A program made the position numbers and the translations under genes. From Histomonas meleagridis 2922-C6/04-290x (Eukaryota; Protista; Parabasalia), in NCBI GenBank assembly GCA_020184695.1, contig JAANOX010000278.1:372001-436000 (forward strand): 64,000 bases of DNA. The letters run 5' to 3'. Below, piece by piece: positions 21,459-32,655 of this stretch (the stretch's first letter is position 1; the number at the start of each line of letters is the position of its first letter). The notes below the pieces were generated by a model. It saw only the letters and a program-made list of their open reading frames with translations, was not told the origin of the DNA and ran no database searches.

Positions 21459-22769
21459 ATGAGAGGAAAAATAGTAAATCCATGGGACTGTCCTCCAGCT
21501 CCCGATGGTGTTCATAGGCTTATCCACCTCTCAAATCTTCCTCCTCTCTGTAACGTTTCCGATTTATCTCCAATTTTCCAAAATTATCAAATTGAATATT
21601 ACCATCTATTTGAAAATCAAGCTTTGGTTCAATTTGCTGATCCATATCTAGCTCAAAACTTTTTGGCAATATATCGCGATAAACTAACAATTCAAGATTA
21701 TCCAATCAAAGTTTCAATGTCGCCAATAACTCATTTAATTTTTTCGGCGGGTACCAAAATGGCCCCGTCACCTGTTATTTGTATTCAAGTAATCAATCTC
21801 CGAGTTTATTTAGGCATCCAAGACATTTATGATGAATGTTCACATTTTGGCAAAGTCCTTAAGATCATTTGCTTTGAGAAAGCTGCTGCCAATTCCTTTA
21901 TGCAACCCATTGGACCTGAGCAACCGGTTAAATATGCTCTTGTTCAGATGGCAACAATTGAACAAGCCTCATTAGTCCTTGCCAACTTATCCAATTCCCC
22001 ACGCCATCTTCCATGTTTCCAATTCCGTATACAATATTCCAAGAATCATGACATTGTTATCAAATTTAATAATTCTAAAAGTTATGATTTTACTGATCCA
22101 TATGCCAAAGCCCAATTTACACAACTCCGAGAAGCCACTGCAGGCGAGCGCCCCTTTTTTGTTTTTGAACCCAATAGTGAAATCGATTCCGTATTTGATT
22201 TTTGGCGACCTGTAATTTTCGATCCAAGTTTTGTTCGAACTCTCACAGTTAGTAACTATAATGAAAACACCATAACCTTTGATAAGTTGCGAAATCTATT
22301 TTGCCAATACGGCCCAGTTCAACGAGTTCGATTCTTTTACAAAACTCGAAAGACTTCCATCATAACATTCCGGAACAGCTTCTATCCGCGACTTGCAATG
22401 ACATTTTTGCAGGGGTGCCCCGTAGATTCTACGCATCGATTGGTCATTGAATGTACTCCGCAGCATCCGAACTTTCAGGTTAGGGAATATAATGACCACA
22501 GCGGGCAGGACTACGGATATTATGAGGAAGACTTGGATTTGGATGACTACAAAGCTTTGTCTTTCCCATCACAGTATGTGATAGTGAAAAGAGTCGACAT
22601 TAAACAGATACAATTACCACAGGGAGCTGAACTGTTGGAGGAATTGAATTTGATTAAGTTCCAAAATGTTTATGAGGCGGCAAACTTTATTATGACTTGT
22701 AATAGAATGGTAATCGGTAAAGAAATGGTGCAAATGGCATTCGCACAGAAACCAAATGGAATTAAATAA
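21459..22769 (+). CDS. PTB/hnRNP L-like multi-RRM RNA-binding protein
   Basis: Four RRM-like units, including SPVICIQV...FGKVLKIICFEK...ALVQM...IQYS, typical of PTB RRM2. Confidence 0.75.
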   Translation: MRGKIVNPWDCPPAPDGVHRLIHLSNLPPLCNVSDLSPIFQNYQIEYYHLFENQALVQFADPYLAQNFLAIYRDKLTIQDYPIKVSMSPITHLIFSAGTKMAPSPVICIQVINLRVYLGIQDIYDECSHFGKVLKIICFEKAAANSFMQPIGPEQPVKYALVQMATIEQASLVLANLSNSPRHLPCFQFRIQYSKNHDIVIKFNNSKSYDFTDPYAKAQFTQLREATAGERPFFVFEPNSEIDSVFDFWRPVIFDPSFVRTLTVSNYNENTITFDKLRNLFCQYGPVQRVRFFYKTRKTSIITFRNSFYPRLAMTFLQGCPVDSTHRLVIECTPQHPNFQVREYNDHSGQDYGYYEEDLDLDDYKALSFPSQYVIVKRVDIKQIQLPQGAELLEELNLIKFQNVYEAANFIMTCNRMVIGKEMVQMAFAQKPNGIK

Positions 22770-22879
22770 AAATTATTTGATTTGTAATTGATCGCAACTT
22801 TGAACAACGCGGACAACTGTTACAATGATATTTATCATTTAAATGAACAATTTTTATTGTTGAAAATATATAAAAAAAA

Positions 22880-22951
22880 CTCGCTGACCGGGAATCGAAC
22901 CCGGATCACAGGAACGACAATCCTACATGATAACCATTACACTATCAGCGA
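22880..22951 (-). tRNA. tRNA-Asp(GTC)
   Basis: Cloverleaf: acceptor stem TCGCTGA/TCAGCGA, discriminator G, D-loop TGG, anticodon stem TAGGA/TCCTG with loop TT-GTC-GT, T-loop TTCGATT. Confidence 0.93.
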
Positions 22952-23057
22952 TCTGTTTTTAAATTTTTTTATATAATGAAATTGATAAATAATGGAATTT
23001 TGCGCTTTTGGAATGAAGACGTTTATTTTCAAACCAAAGAATTGAATCCCGCCTTTT

Positions 23058-24341
23058 ATGTACCAATTTCGATTTAGAGAACCAATAAAGCTCAACACAT
23101 CAAATCCTGAACCTGTATACTTTAGTTTAGATGGGCGTTTTATTGGTTCAATTTTTGGAAATACAACAATAGAAGTTCGTGATTGTCTTTCATTACAAAT
23201 TGTATCAAGAATCGAATGTCCTGATGTTATATCTACCTTCCTTTGGTCTCCTGACTCTAAATTAATTGCTATTCTTATGGATAACCAGAAGTCAATACAA
23301 GTTTACTTTGTTGAAAATTTACGTACTGACGAAGATAACCTTACAATCCCATATATGGGATTATCAAGTGGTATTATTAACATCGAAAAAATGCTATGGT
23401 CACCTGATTCCAAATCCATTTTACTTTGTGGGGTATATGCATCACAACTTTTTATCTTCGATATTGGATCCAAATCAGTTCATCGTCTTCCTTCTCCCAA
23501 AAACTCTGAAACAGCTTTTTCATTTTCACCGATTGGTAATATGCTTGCAATTTTAGTTCGTAGTTCAAATGGCCATGATGAAGCAGTTGTTTTTGACCTT
23601 AACACTTATCGCCGCAAGACAACCATTAACTTAAACACGCTTGATGCCAAAACCGTTTATTGGACATCTGATGGTTTGACACTTATTGTCATTGATGAGA
23701 TTTCACATCATTTACTACAGATCATTAACATGAAGACTCAACGTGTTGTCGACTATTCCGCTTATGATGGGTATCTTGGCATTACGAATGCGATTCCATG
23801 TCAAAACTCAAAAATTATTGCTGTCGGCGGTTATGACGGTTATGTACGTTTACTTGTTTCAAGTGATTGGAAAGTTTTGGCCGAATTCCTTCATGAAACG
23901 AACATTTCCGGACATTCTATAAGTGTTTATGTAGAGGATGATTCAGAAATGCGTTTTGTTGAACCTCCTGTACAACTTGAAAAAAATGAATTTTTGAGCG
24001 GAATCACAAATTTAGAATGGTCAAACTCGAATAAGTTTTTAGCAACTACAAATGCAGAAACGCCAAAAGCTGTGTTTATTTGGGATATTGAAACGATTTC
24101 TCTTGTGTATGTGCTTGTGTTTAAGAAAGATGTAGAAATGATAAAATGGTCAACAAAAGAAGACATTTTAGCCATTTCAACAGGAAGCAACTTTTTAGCG
24201 CTGTGGAGTCAACAAGGAAAAGTTTGGCTGGTAAGGGATAACAAAGTCAATGAAGTAAATGCAATACAATGGAAGCAAGATGGAAGCGAACTATTGGTCA
24301 TTGACAATTCATCAAAAAATTTTGTTGTTATGTGTAAATAA
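23058..24341 (+). CDS. WRAP73: WD40 protein WRAP73/WDR8-like (centriolar)
   Basis: FSLDG...EVRDCLSLQIV...WSPDS; GGYDGYVRLL..WKVLAEFLH; LATTNAETPKAVFIWDI pattern. Confidence 0.75.
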   Translation: MYQFRFREPIKLNTSNPEPVYFSLDGRFIGSIFGNTTIEVRDCLSLQIVSRIECPDVISTFLWSPDSKLIAILMDNQKSIQVYFVENLRTDEDNLTIPYMGLSSGIINIEKMLWSPDSKSILLCGVYASQLFIFDIGSKSVHRLPSPKNSETAFSFSPIGNMLAILVRSSNGHDEAVVFDLNTYRRKTTINLNTLDAKTVYWTSDGLTLIVIDEISHHLLQIINMKTQRVVDYSAYDGYLGITNAIPCQNSKIIAVGGYDGYVRLLVSSDWKVLAEFLHETNISGHSISVYVEDDSEMRFVEPPVQLEKNEFLSGITNLEWSNSNKFLATTNAETPKAVFIWDIETISLVYVLVFKKDVEMIKWSTKEDILAISTGSNFLALWSQQGKVWLVRDNKVNEVNAIQWKQDGSELLVIDNSSKNFVVMCK

Positions 24342-24487
24342 ATGTTTTCTTTAAAAATAGGATAAAAAGGACCATTTTTTGATCTGCTTAAAAACGGAAA
24401 TACTGTGGATATTAATTCATACAATTGTCAATCATTCATGGTTATGATTATTTGGCTCGAAACCAGTTCTAACTTGGGTCAATATTT

Positions 24488-25770
24488 GAAAAAGGTCATA
24501 CAGAAATTGTTAAATTACTTCTTGAAAAAGAAGGAATTGATATTAATGCTAAAGATATTTATTTGTTTTATTTAAAATTTATTTAAATAATTTGATATTT
24601 CAAAATAATATTTGGAAATTATTTAAATTATTTAATACAGCACTTATGTTTGCATCTCATAATGGTCATATAGAAATCGTTAAATTACTTCTTGAACAAG
24701 AAGGAATTGATATTAATGCTAAAAACAAAATTTATTTTAATAATTTGATATTTCAAAATAATATTTGGAAATTATTTAAATTATTTGCTACAGCACTTAT
24801 GGGAGCATCTGAAGATGGTTATACAGAAATAGTTATATTACTTCTTGAACAAGAAGGAATTGATATTAATGCTAAAGATATTTATTTGTTTTATTTAAAA
24901 TTTATTTAAATAATTTGATATTTCAAAATAATATTTGGAAATAATTTAAATTATTTCAAACAGCACTTATGTTTGCATCTGATAATGGTTATACAGAAAT
25001 ATTTAAATTACTTCTTGAACAAGAAGGAATTGATATTAATGCTAAAAATATTTATTTGTTTTATTTGATGTTTATTTTAATAATTTTTTATATCAAAATA
25101 ATATTTAGAAATTATTTAAATTATTTACAACTGCACTTATGTATGCGTCTTTAAATGGTTATACAGAAATAGTTAAATTATTTCTTGAACAAGAAGGAAT
25201 TGATATTAATGCTAAAAATATTTATTTGTTTTATTTGATGTTTATTTTAATAATTTTTTATTTCAAAATAATATTTGGAAATTATTTAAATTATTTCAAA
25301 CAGCACTTATTAGAGCATCTGAAAAAGGTCATACAGAAATAGTTAAATTACTTCTTGAACAAAAAGGAATTGATATTAATGCTAAAGATTTTATTTGTTT
25401 TAATAATTTGATATTTCAAAATAATATTTGGAAATTATTTAAATTATTTGATACAGCACTTATTTGGGCATCTGTAAAAGGATATACAGAAATAGTTGAA
25501 TTACTTCTTGAACAAGAAGGAATTGATATTAATGCTAAAGATATTTATTTGTTTTATTTGATATTTATTTTAATAATTTGATATTTCAAAATAATATTTG
25601 GAAATTATTTAAATTATTTAAAACAGCACTTATGTATGCATCTTAAAAAGGTCATACAGAAATAGTTAAATTACTTCTTGAACAAGAAGGAATTGATATT
25701 AATGCTAAAGATATTTATTTGTTTTGTTTAAAATTTATTTTAATAATTTTATATTTCAAAATTATATTAG
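24488..25770 (+). repeat. Tandem array of 8 ankyrin coding blocks (90 nt; the first partial) separated by AT-rich 80-nt (x5) or 63-nt (x2) spacers
   Basis: Blocks read TAL(M/I)xASxxG(H/Y)xEIxxLxLEQxGIDINAK(D/N). Spacers at 24557-24636, 24727-24789, 24880-24959, 25050-25129, 25220-25299, 25390-25452, 25543-25622. Block 8 carries an in-frame TAA; no upstream in-frame ATG. Confidence 0.92.
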
Positions 25771-26176
25771 CAGAAAGAATCTTTTCAGAAATTGTTTTTT
25801 TAAGGATAGTATTATTCACGATATCAATAATTGGAATTAATCATTAAACAGTTCTGAAAGAGGACTCAACAAATCTTTCGGCTTGAATAGGAACACTGGA
25901 GTAAATATTCTACACATTTTTCGATTGTTCTTTAATGAATTACTGAAAATTCTGTTGTAAACATTCAAAATTGAAATGCATTGAAAATTGCCATCTTCGA
26001 AAAATTGTTTTGTTCGCCATTTGAAATTAATGGAAATGTTCTAATCTCAAAATTTATTTTTGGATGATTTATCAGTGTGCAGTACTACGTTCTCTTTATG
26101 TCTTAAATCATTATTTCAATTTGGAAATTACTTCAAATTTAAAAAAAAATTATTACACATAATCTTAAATTTCATT

Positions 26177-29100
26177 TTAGTTTAATTCAGCCCACTGTTG
26201 TGGGAATACAGATGGGAATTCAGTATCATCGAATTCACCAATTTCGTCAATTTCTGTCTGTGTTGGCAAGAACAATCCCGGATCAACAGTGCAGTACACT
26301 GCAGCAGCCGCCAATTCTTTCACCTGTGCGCCCACGGTTAATGTTCCACTTGCAATATTCTGACTTGGTTCTGTATGCTTTAAAATTTCATCTGCTATTT
26401 CCTCTCTTTCTTGTTTTGTCTTTAACATTTCCTTTAAGTCTTGATCCATAGTAATTTCGATATCATCACCTTCTTTTTCATATATCTGAGCCTTTTGTTT
26501 CTCTATCATATCATGCCAACCGGTAAATGGTTCAACATGAATATTATTTATTATTTCATTTAATTTTTTCAGAGAAGGGGAACTTATATACTTTAAATCT
26601 GTTAAATAAATTGGCGGGAACTTTGACGGTTTGTCAAATGGTTCATCCGACGGTTTCCAGTCAAATACATTGAATTCTTGATCGAGAACAACTTTTTGAA
26701 AGACCGGCTTGGCGCCAATTTTTGAATCCTTTATAAAACCGTAGGAATGCTTCATTAAAGATTGGAAAAGTAATGTAATCGATTCTTGTAAATCAACTTC
26801 TTTCTTCTGGTTAGCTTCACTAGCTATTATATTTAACGCAGAATAAGAAGGTTCAACTTTTTTGCTTTCAAGGAAGAATGAAACAAATGTAAATACAACT
26901 TTTAACATTTTCACATCTCCAATTTTTGTAATTGAAGCATAAAAATCTAAAATCCGATCCATTTGTATATCATTACCACAAGATTTATAAAATCTTTGGA
27001 AACCATTTTCATCATTTTTAGCTAACATAATTAAAGACTGTTCAACGCCTACATCGCTCGAGAATGTTCTATCTAGTTCATGAGTTGAACCAGTCGAATA
27101 AATATAAGGCGCTATTGCATACAAAGCGGTGTTGTAAATTTTATTTGAATCGCCAAAAACGTTTTTCACTTTTTCTTTGAGCAAATAAATAATTATTTCA
27201 AAAGTTTCTTTGATTGATTTATTTGTATAAGTTGTATTCAAAAGTAATGAGATTAAACATGGCAAATTTGAGACGTTTTTATATTCCGAAATGAATTGTT
27301 TACACAAATTTATATTGTGAATTGCCGCTGAAACTAAAGAAGCATGAACCTGGAAATTACATTGTAATATACTACAAGACGCTTGATAAATTAACTCTGA
27401 AGGTTCTGCATGACTTAATAACATATATAATTGTTCAAGATGATTATAAGCATCTTCAAAATTATTTAACTTTGTATTATTTCTTTCAAACAAGTTTGCA
27501 ATGTTTCTAGGGTCAGACAAAGTTTTACCGGAAGTGATTTCATTTAATATTGTCGAAATTATAATAATTGATTTAATTATTGATTTTGTCAATTCTTGAG
27601 ATATTGGATAATTTAACGAGTAATACATTTTTAATGCCATTGAAGCTATCCAAGAGTCACCACAATTCAAACCCCATTGGATCAAGAATAATGAGATATC
27701 AGATAATCCGGTGAAACAGTTAATTATCGCCTCATATAACCATGGCCCGACAGTATCGAAACTTCTTGTGATTAATTCGGTTTTAGGCTTTGCCAAGTTA
27801 ATTGATGCATTTGTAGTGAGTTTTGTTAACTTAGTAATAATTTGTGCACATTCTGATTCGAAATATGGATAATGTATAACACAATAAGCCAAAATATAAT
27901 GTACATTTAATTGTATAGAAGAAACTCCTTCATCGATAAAACTAATTATTAAGTTTAATATGAATTGCATAAACGTACTGTATTGTATTTTCGAAGTTAA
28001 ACCATTATTTTCTTTTTCATCATCATAATCATCGTCAACTAAATCGCCACAAACTTGAGCTAAGAATGCATGGAAATCAAATAATGTATCTAATTGTTCG
28101 ATTTGTATTTGTCGATAAAACCAATGTTTAACGTTTAAGTAATTAATGAAATGATTTATTACTATTTCTGTCTTTTGTGTATAAGCGTATAATAACAAAT
28201 CTTTACATTTATCACTTAATGAAGGATTTTCGAAGTTAATATTAATCACATTTAATAAGAATTGTTCGATAGCATTTTCGAATATCGTCTTAAGAATAAT
28301 AGTAATTGGATCTGATAATGGTAATAAACAATCAAGTTTTAATAATAATTCGATAAATGAATGTAATGAAAATCGTTGATAATATTGGAAACATCCTTGA
28401 TAAATACCGATTTGATCACCTTTATTAATGAATCGTTCATTCCATGGTACCATTATTTCGACAAAGAATCGTTGGATTACATGTGGATTATTTAATGCCG
28501 AATTTAATGCTTGGCGATCATTTTCCAAATAATTAATTTTATCTTTTGTTACTTTATTTGATGATAATGATTTTAATCGTATTGACTTAAATGAACCTTT
28601 AGGTAATATTGCTTGTAATGTCTTTTGATCTTGTCTTTGTTTATTAGTTGTTATATAATCAATGTTTTGTTGTGTTGATTTCTCTAAGATAAAACATTCA
28701 TTAATGAATTGTTCACTTAAGAATTTAAATTCTTTTGATAAGATTTCATTAATTTCATATATATCAATATGTACAAATTTGGATAAATTCGATTGTATTA
28801 TTTCACGATGTTTCATTAACTTATTCATGAAATTAATTGTATTATCTAATCCAAATGTTATTAAAAATGTTGTACAACTAATTATGAATACAAAATCAAA
28901 TGCTACAATACGTTGTTCAACGATAGTACTAATCATATATTTATAAGCTATAGCTAATAATGAACCTAAGTTTTGATATATAATTGTAGTAAAATTAATA
29001 TCATCATCATTTTCTGGTAACATAATTGTTGTAGATATATAATTTAAGATATTATTTGTTGTTATATCTATGAATTGTGATGCAATTCCATAAAAGAAAT

Positions 29101-32100
29101 TATATTCTGGTACTGACTTTTCAATAAATATTTTTGTTAATACGATGAAATAACGTGAATATAATGTAGATGCAAATTCTTGATTTTTAGATGCTATTAT
29201 TATTAATCCTTCATTCTTTAAATATTGATCAGGTATTGGAGCTATTTTACACCAATAAACAAATGCTGATTGAAATGCTTTCGAATAATTTGATTTAGTC
29301 GATGATAAATTATAATAAAAAATATAATTAGTTTCATTAGATACACTATGATTAGTTAATAATTTAGATAATTCTTTACGTGGTAATATACCTCCACAAT
29401 GATATTTTTGTTTTTCTGATAATTCTTTAAATATTTCTTTAATAGCTATTGCAAAATCATATAAAGAATTTGAATAATTTGTATCAATTTTAGTTTCATC
29501 TACTTTAAAATTGGGACTTTTTTCAATAGTTTTAACTTTAAAGTTATAATCCATAAATGAATCATAACAACGTTGTAAGTTTTGTGAAAATGTATCACCT
29601 GAAGTTTGCATTACTATAAATGAATTATCTAAAGAACATTTATAAAAGAAATATGTAAATGGTCGAATTTTCCCAATTAAAAAGTTTAATATATATTCCG
29701 ATAATTTAACATTAGCGCAAGATAATAATGCACAATCTGCGATATCTTTATTTTCGATTTTAATATTTAATAAACAATCTAAATAAGGTGAAGGATCATC
29801 AGATTGACTTGAAGTTGCTAATATTAATGATACAATATTAAAATAGAAATAAGGTGAAGAAGATAAATCCTTATTAAACTTAATTACTTGTGATAAAGCA
29901 TCGAATACTTGATATTTATAATTAGCATCCATTGTAGAACCAAATGCTGATAAATAAAATATATATAATAATAATTGATTACTACCTCCAACATCAGATA
30001 ACTTTAATGATTCAACTAATTCTTTCTTATAATCAGGTAATATTGCATGTATAGCATTATCTCGTGCTAAATTAGATGCAATTAAGTTATCATCAGAAAA
30101 GAAATTATAGATTGATGAATTAGGTATTAATGAAGAAGTTAAAAATGATAATTCTCGTATTTGATAATATGGTGCACAGATACCAATTGATATAATTTTT
30201 ATATAAATTGTTGTCATTTCATTATTAATTGGAATCTTTTCGAAATTAATTGTTTCTAAAATACATTTAAATGCATTAATTGTTACATATAATGATTCAA
30301 ATGTTAAATTATTAATAGATAACTTATATAATGATGTTAATATTTCTAAGACATATTCATGCTTTAAATGTATTGATGCTTGTAATATCCTTAAAGCTGT
30401 ATAACTATTTTCTGTTGAACCATTCGCTACAACTTTACAAACATGTTCTAATAAATCAAATGAATCTAATAAATATGGTACAAGTTGTAATACATTAATT
30501 GCAAAGTTTCGTGAACTAACTTTAACAAATGTTGGTGTGAAATTAGGTAAATTAGTTGCATTATAAGGCCAATTTTCTTGTTCAATATTTAATCCTTTCT
30601 TCCATCGATTTAATATGGTTGAAACAAATGTTTTAGGTCCTGTTAAATTAGTTTTATAAGATGCGGGTTTTCGACTTAATAATTTATGAATATCTAAATC
30701 TGTTTTATCATTTGATGAACAAATGTTTTCTAATTGTTTTGTTAATGATAATGGAATATAAGGTGAACAATCTTCTTTAGGTATATTAGAAATTTCACTT
30801 GTACATTTCTCAGTAACTATCATTGTGAATTTCTTAATGGATTCTGGTGTTACATAACTTGAATATTCCAAAAATTTTGATTCTTTTGATAATATTCGAG
30901 AAAACACTAAAAATAATGCGGATTTGATTTCAGAATATATTTCTTTATCTAATAACTTCTCTAATAATGTATTACAAAACATAGTAAAATCATTCGAAGC
31001 AATTTGTAATATTAAATCAATAAATAAATCAAATGTTTTCTTGGAATATAAATTACTTATGTTATTTATAATGACTTGTAACATATTATTTAATGTTTGT
31101 GTATCTGATTTACATACCCATTTAAAGTTTTCATGTGTTTTTTGTAAAATGGGTTTTGGTATATAATTCTGTAAATACATTACACGAATAAAAGCAGATA
31201 ATATTTGCGTTTGATTATGTGGCCCATCAATTCGTTTCGGTATTTTCTTTGTGATGAAATCTTTAAAATTAAATTTGTCCGAATATGTCGACATGAATGA
31301 ATATAACTCAAAGGAATTCTTGTCGTCATATAATTTGCTCTTTTCTAATATTTGGCGGAATAATTCATGGCTGTGAAAGTTTGGAATTTGTTTAAGCGCT
31401 TGTCCACAAACATTTAATAAGAAACTTGCTGATTCTGTTCGACATGTACCTGAACTAAAATATCCATAAACTGGATTGGTGATGTTGGTAACTTCATTGA
31501 TGTTCTTAAATTTATAGACAATGTGTGATAAGAGTGCAAGAAACAATGATGGTTTGGAATTATTTTGGGATGCAAAAATGGAAAAGGCTTCTTGTACGGA
31601 GTTGAAGGACTCTTCTGGAATGACATTGGATAAGAATGATAATGCTTTTGACCAATGTTTGGCAAGAATTAAATATATTTCATACTCAATATCGGAATTA
31701 TGCTTGATAAGTGAGTCTTTGATGATTTGATTATAAAGCTTGGTGGCACTGGCTTTATCAAAGTTATCAATATTGTTGAGTTCTTCACATAATGATGCTA
31801 TTGTATTTGAAATGAAAAGATTAACAACATACATTATTGATGCACGTGCATATTGGTTACTCCAATCAACACTAGATAAGTGTTGAACAAGTTTGGATTC
31901 ACATGTTGGCTTATTATTTTGATTTATATCAATTTGTGGAAGAGCTGTACGAAGACTTTGATATGATTCCATTATTGAATTGGCGCCAATTTTACCACAC
32001 GTATATACTAATTCTTGAAATGCATTATCATTAACATGACTTAAACCAGATATAAATTTTATGAAATCTTTGTCATTTTTTGATGTTGATCCTTCCATGG

Positions 32101-32176
32101 CCGTTTGACATAGTCCAACAAGTGCTTGTAATGAGTTATCAATTGTTGATAAAATAATTGTTTTTGGTGTCGCCAT
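26177..32176 (-). CDS. Large HEAT/ARM solenoid protein, Furry/TAO3 (MOR2-PAG1)-like
   Basis: 1999-aa helical ORF; LIQWGLNCGDSWIASMALKMYYSL and MVPWNERF resemble conserved Furry/Tao3 blocks. Confidence 0.6.
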   Translation of the reverse strand: MATPKTIILSTIDNSLQALVGLCQTAMEGSTSKNDKDFIKFISGLSHVNDNAFQELVYTCGKIGANSIMESYQSLRTALPQIDINQNNKPTCESKLVQHLSSVDWSNQYARASIMYVVNLFISNTIASLCEELNNIDNFDKASATKLYNQIIKDSLIKHNSDIEYEIYLILAKHWSKALSFLSNVIPEESFNSVQEAFSIFASQNNSKPSLFLALLSHIVYKFKNINEVTNITNPVYGYFSSGTCRTESASFLLNVCGQALKQIPNFHSHELFRQILEKSKLYDDKNSFELYSFMSTYSDKFNFKDFITKKIPKRIDGPHNQTQILSAFIRVMYLQNYIPKPILQKTHENFKWVCKSDTQTLNNMLQVIINNISNLYSKKTFDLFIDLILQIASNDFTMFCNTLLEKLLDKEIYSEIKSALFLVFSRILSKESKFLEYSSYVTPESIKKFTMIVTEKCTSEISNIPKEDCSPYIPLSLTKQLENICSSNDKTDLDIHKLLSRKPASYKTNLTGPKTFVSTILNRWKKGLNIEQENWPYNATNLPNFTPTFVKVSSRNFAINVLQLVPYLLDSFDLLEHVCKVVANGSTENSYTALRILQASIHLKHEYVLEILTSLYKLSINNLTFESLYVTINAFKCILETINFEKIPINNEMTTIYIKIISIGICAPYYQIRELSFLTSSLIPNSSIYNFFSDDNLIASNLARDNAIHAILPDYKKELVESLKLSDVGGSNQLLLYIFYLSAFGSTMDANYKYQVFDALSQVIKFNKDLSSSPYFYFNIVSLILATSSQSDDPSPYLDCLLNIKIENKDIADCALLSCANVKLSEYILNFLIGKIRPFTYFFYKCSLDNSFIVMQTSGDTFSQNLQRCYDSFMDYNFKVKTIEKSPNFKVDETKIDTNYSNSLYDFAIAIKEIFKELSEKQKYHCGGILPRKELSKLLTNHSVSNETNYIFYYNLSSTKSNYSKAFQSAFVYWCKIAPIPDQYLKNEGLIIIASKNQEFASTLYSRYFIVLTKIFIEKSVPEYNFFYGIASQFIDITTNNILNYISTTIMLPENDDDINFTTIIYQNLGSLLAIAYKYMISTIVEQRIVAFDFVFIISCTTFLITFGLDNTINFMNKLMKHREIIQSNLSKFVHIDIYEINEILSKEFKFLSEQFINECFILEKSTQQNIDYITTNKQRQDQKTLQAILPKGSFKSIRLKSLSSNKVTKDKINYLENDRQALNSALNNPHVIQRFFVEIMVPWNERFINKGDQIGIYQGCFQYYQRFSLHSFIELLLKLDCLLPLSDPITIILKTIFENAIEQFLLNVININFENPSLSDKCKDLLLYAYTQKTEIVINHFINYLNVKHWFYRQIQIEQLDTLFDFHAFLAQVCGDLVDDDYDDEKENNGLTSKIQYSTFMQFILNLIISFIDEGVSSIQLNVHYILAYCVIHYPYFESECAQIITKLTKLTTNASINLAKPKTELITRSFDTVGPWLYEAIINCFTGLSDISLFLIQWGLNCGDSWIASMALKMYYSLNYPISQELTKSIIKSIIIISTILNEITSGKTLSDPRNIANLFERNNTKLNNFEDAYNHLEQLYMLLSHAEPSELIYQASCSILQCNFQVHASLVSAAIHNINLCKQFISEYKNVSNLPCLISLLLNTTYTNKSIKETFEIIIYLLKEKVKNVFGDSNKIYNTALYAIAPYIYSTGSTHELDRTFSSDVGVEQSLIMLAKNDENGFQRFYKSCGNDIQMDRILDFYASITKIGDVKMLKVVFTFVSFFLESKKVEPSYSALNIIASEANQKKEVDLQESITLLFQSLMKHSYGFIKDSKIGAKPVFQKVVLDQEFNVFDWKPSDEPFDKPSKFPPIYLTDLKYISSPSLKKLNEIINNIHVEPFTGWHDMIEKQKAQIYEKEGDDIEITMDQDLKEMLKTKQEREEIADEILKHTEPSQNIASGTLTVGAQVKELAAAAVYCTVDPGLFLPTQTEIDEIGEFDDTEFPSVFPQQWAELN

Positions 32177-32655
32177 GATTTAACCAAATAAAACCGTTAG
32201 AATTGTCAAATGAATTGCTGTTGTTTCTTTACTTTACAGTGGCACTGACTTTTTTTGGTAAATTCAATTATCTTTGTTTGAATAAAGTTTGTGAAATTGT
32301 TGAATCTCAAAAAAATCAATTTTTATATGTTGCTACAAGTTCTTTAGTATAATAAACTGTGGAGAAAACAGTAAAATTAAAATATATGTAATTTTAGGTA
32401 AGTAATTAATTTAACTGAAAAAATTCTCTCAATGATTCACAATTTAAAGGATTATATTAATAAAAAAATCAAGCTCATTGTTGACCATAGTAATAAGATG
32501 ATCTGTTAATCAACATATTTAACTTAAATCGTTGTTTTTAAATCAACATTTTCAGCATATCGCTTATTTTACTCAAAATATTTTCTCATATAATATTTTG
32601 TGAACTTTACTTGTGGAAGCCGTTTGTTAAAAAATTAAACGTGCGAGAATTAGGG

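Noticed and set aside
22913-22919. U38 in the tRNA-Asp anticodon loop instead of the usual C38
   Set aside because: A single minor deviation in an otherwise canonical tRNA; not enough to infer altered identity.
24569-24580. -1 ribosomal frameshift at T TTA AAA as the general explanation for the spacers
   Set aside because: The heptamer occurs in only some units, and the -1 frame has stops in the spacer at 25050-25129 and in both 9.4-9.7-kb spacers.
24565-24640. Canonical GT-AG intron (GTTTT...ACAG)
   Set aside because: Removing 76 nt leaves the wrong frame; the AG is absent in one unit; there is no trichomonad branch/3' consensus.
24488-25770. CRISPR-like repeat/spacer appearance
   Set aside because: Eukaryotic context with no cas genes; both parts repeat, and the 90-nt part encodes ankyrin helices.
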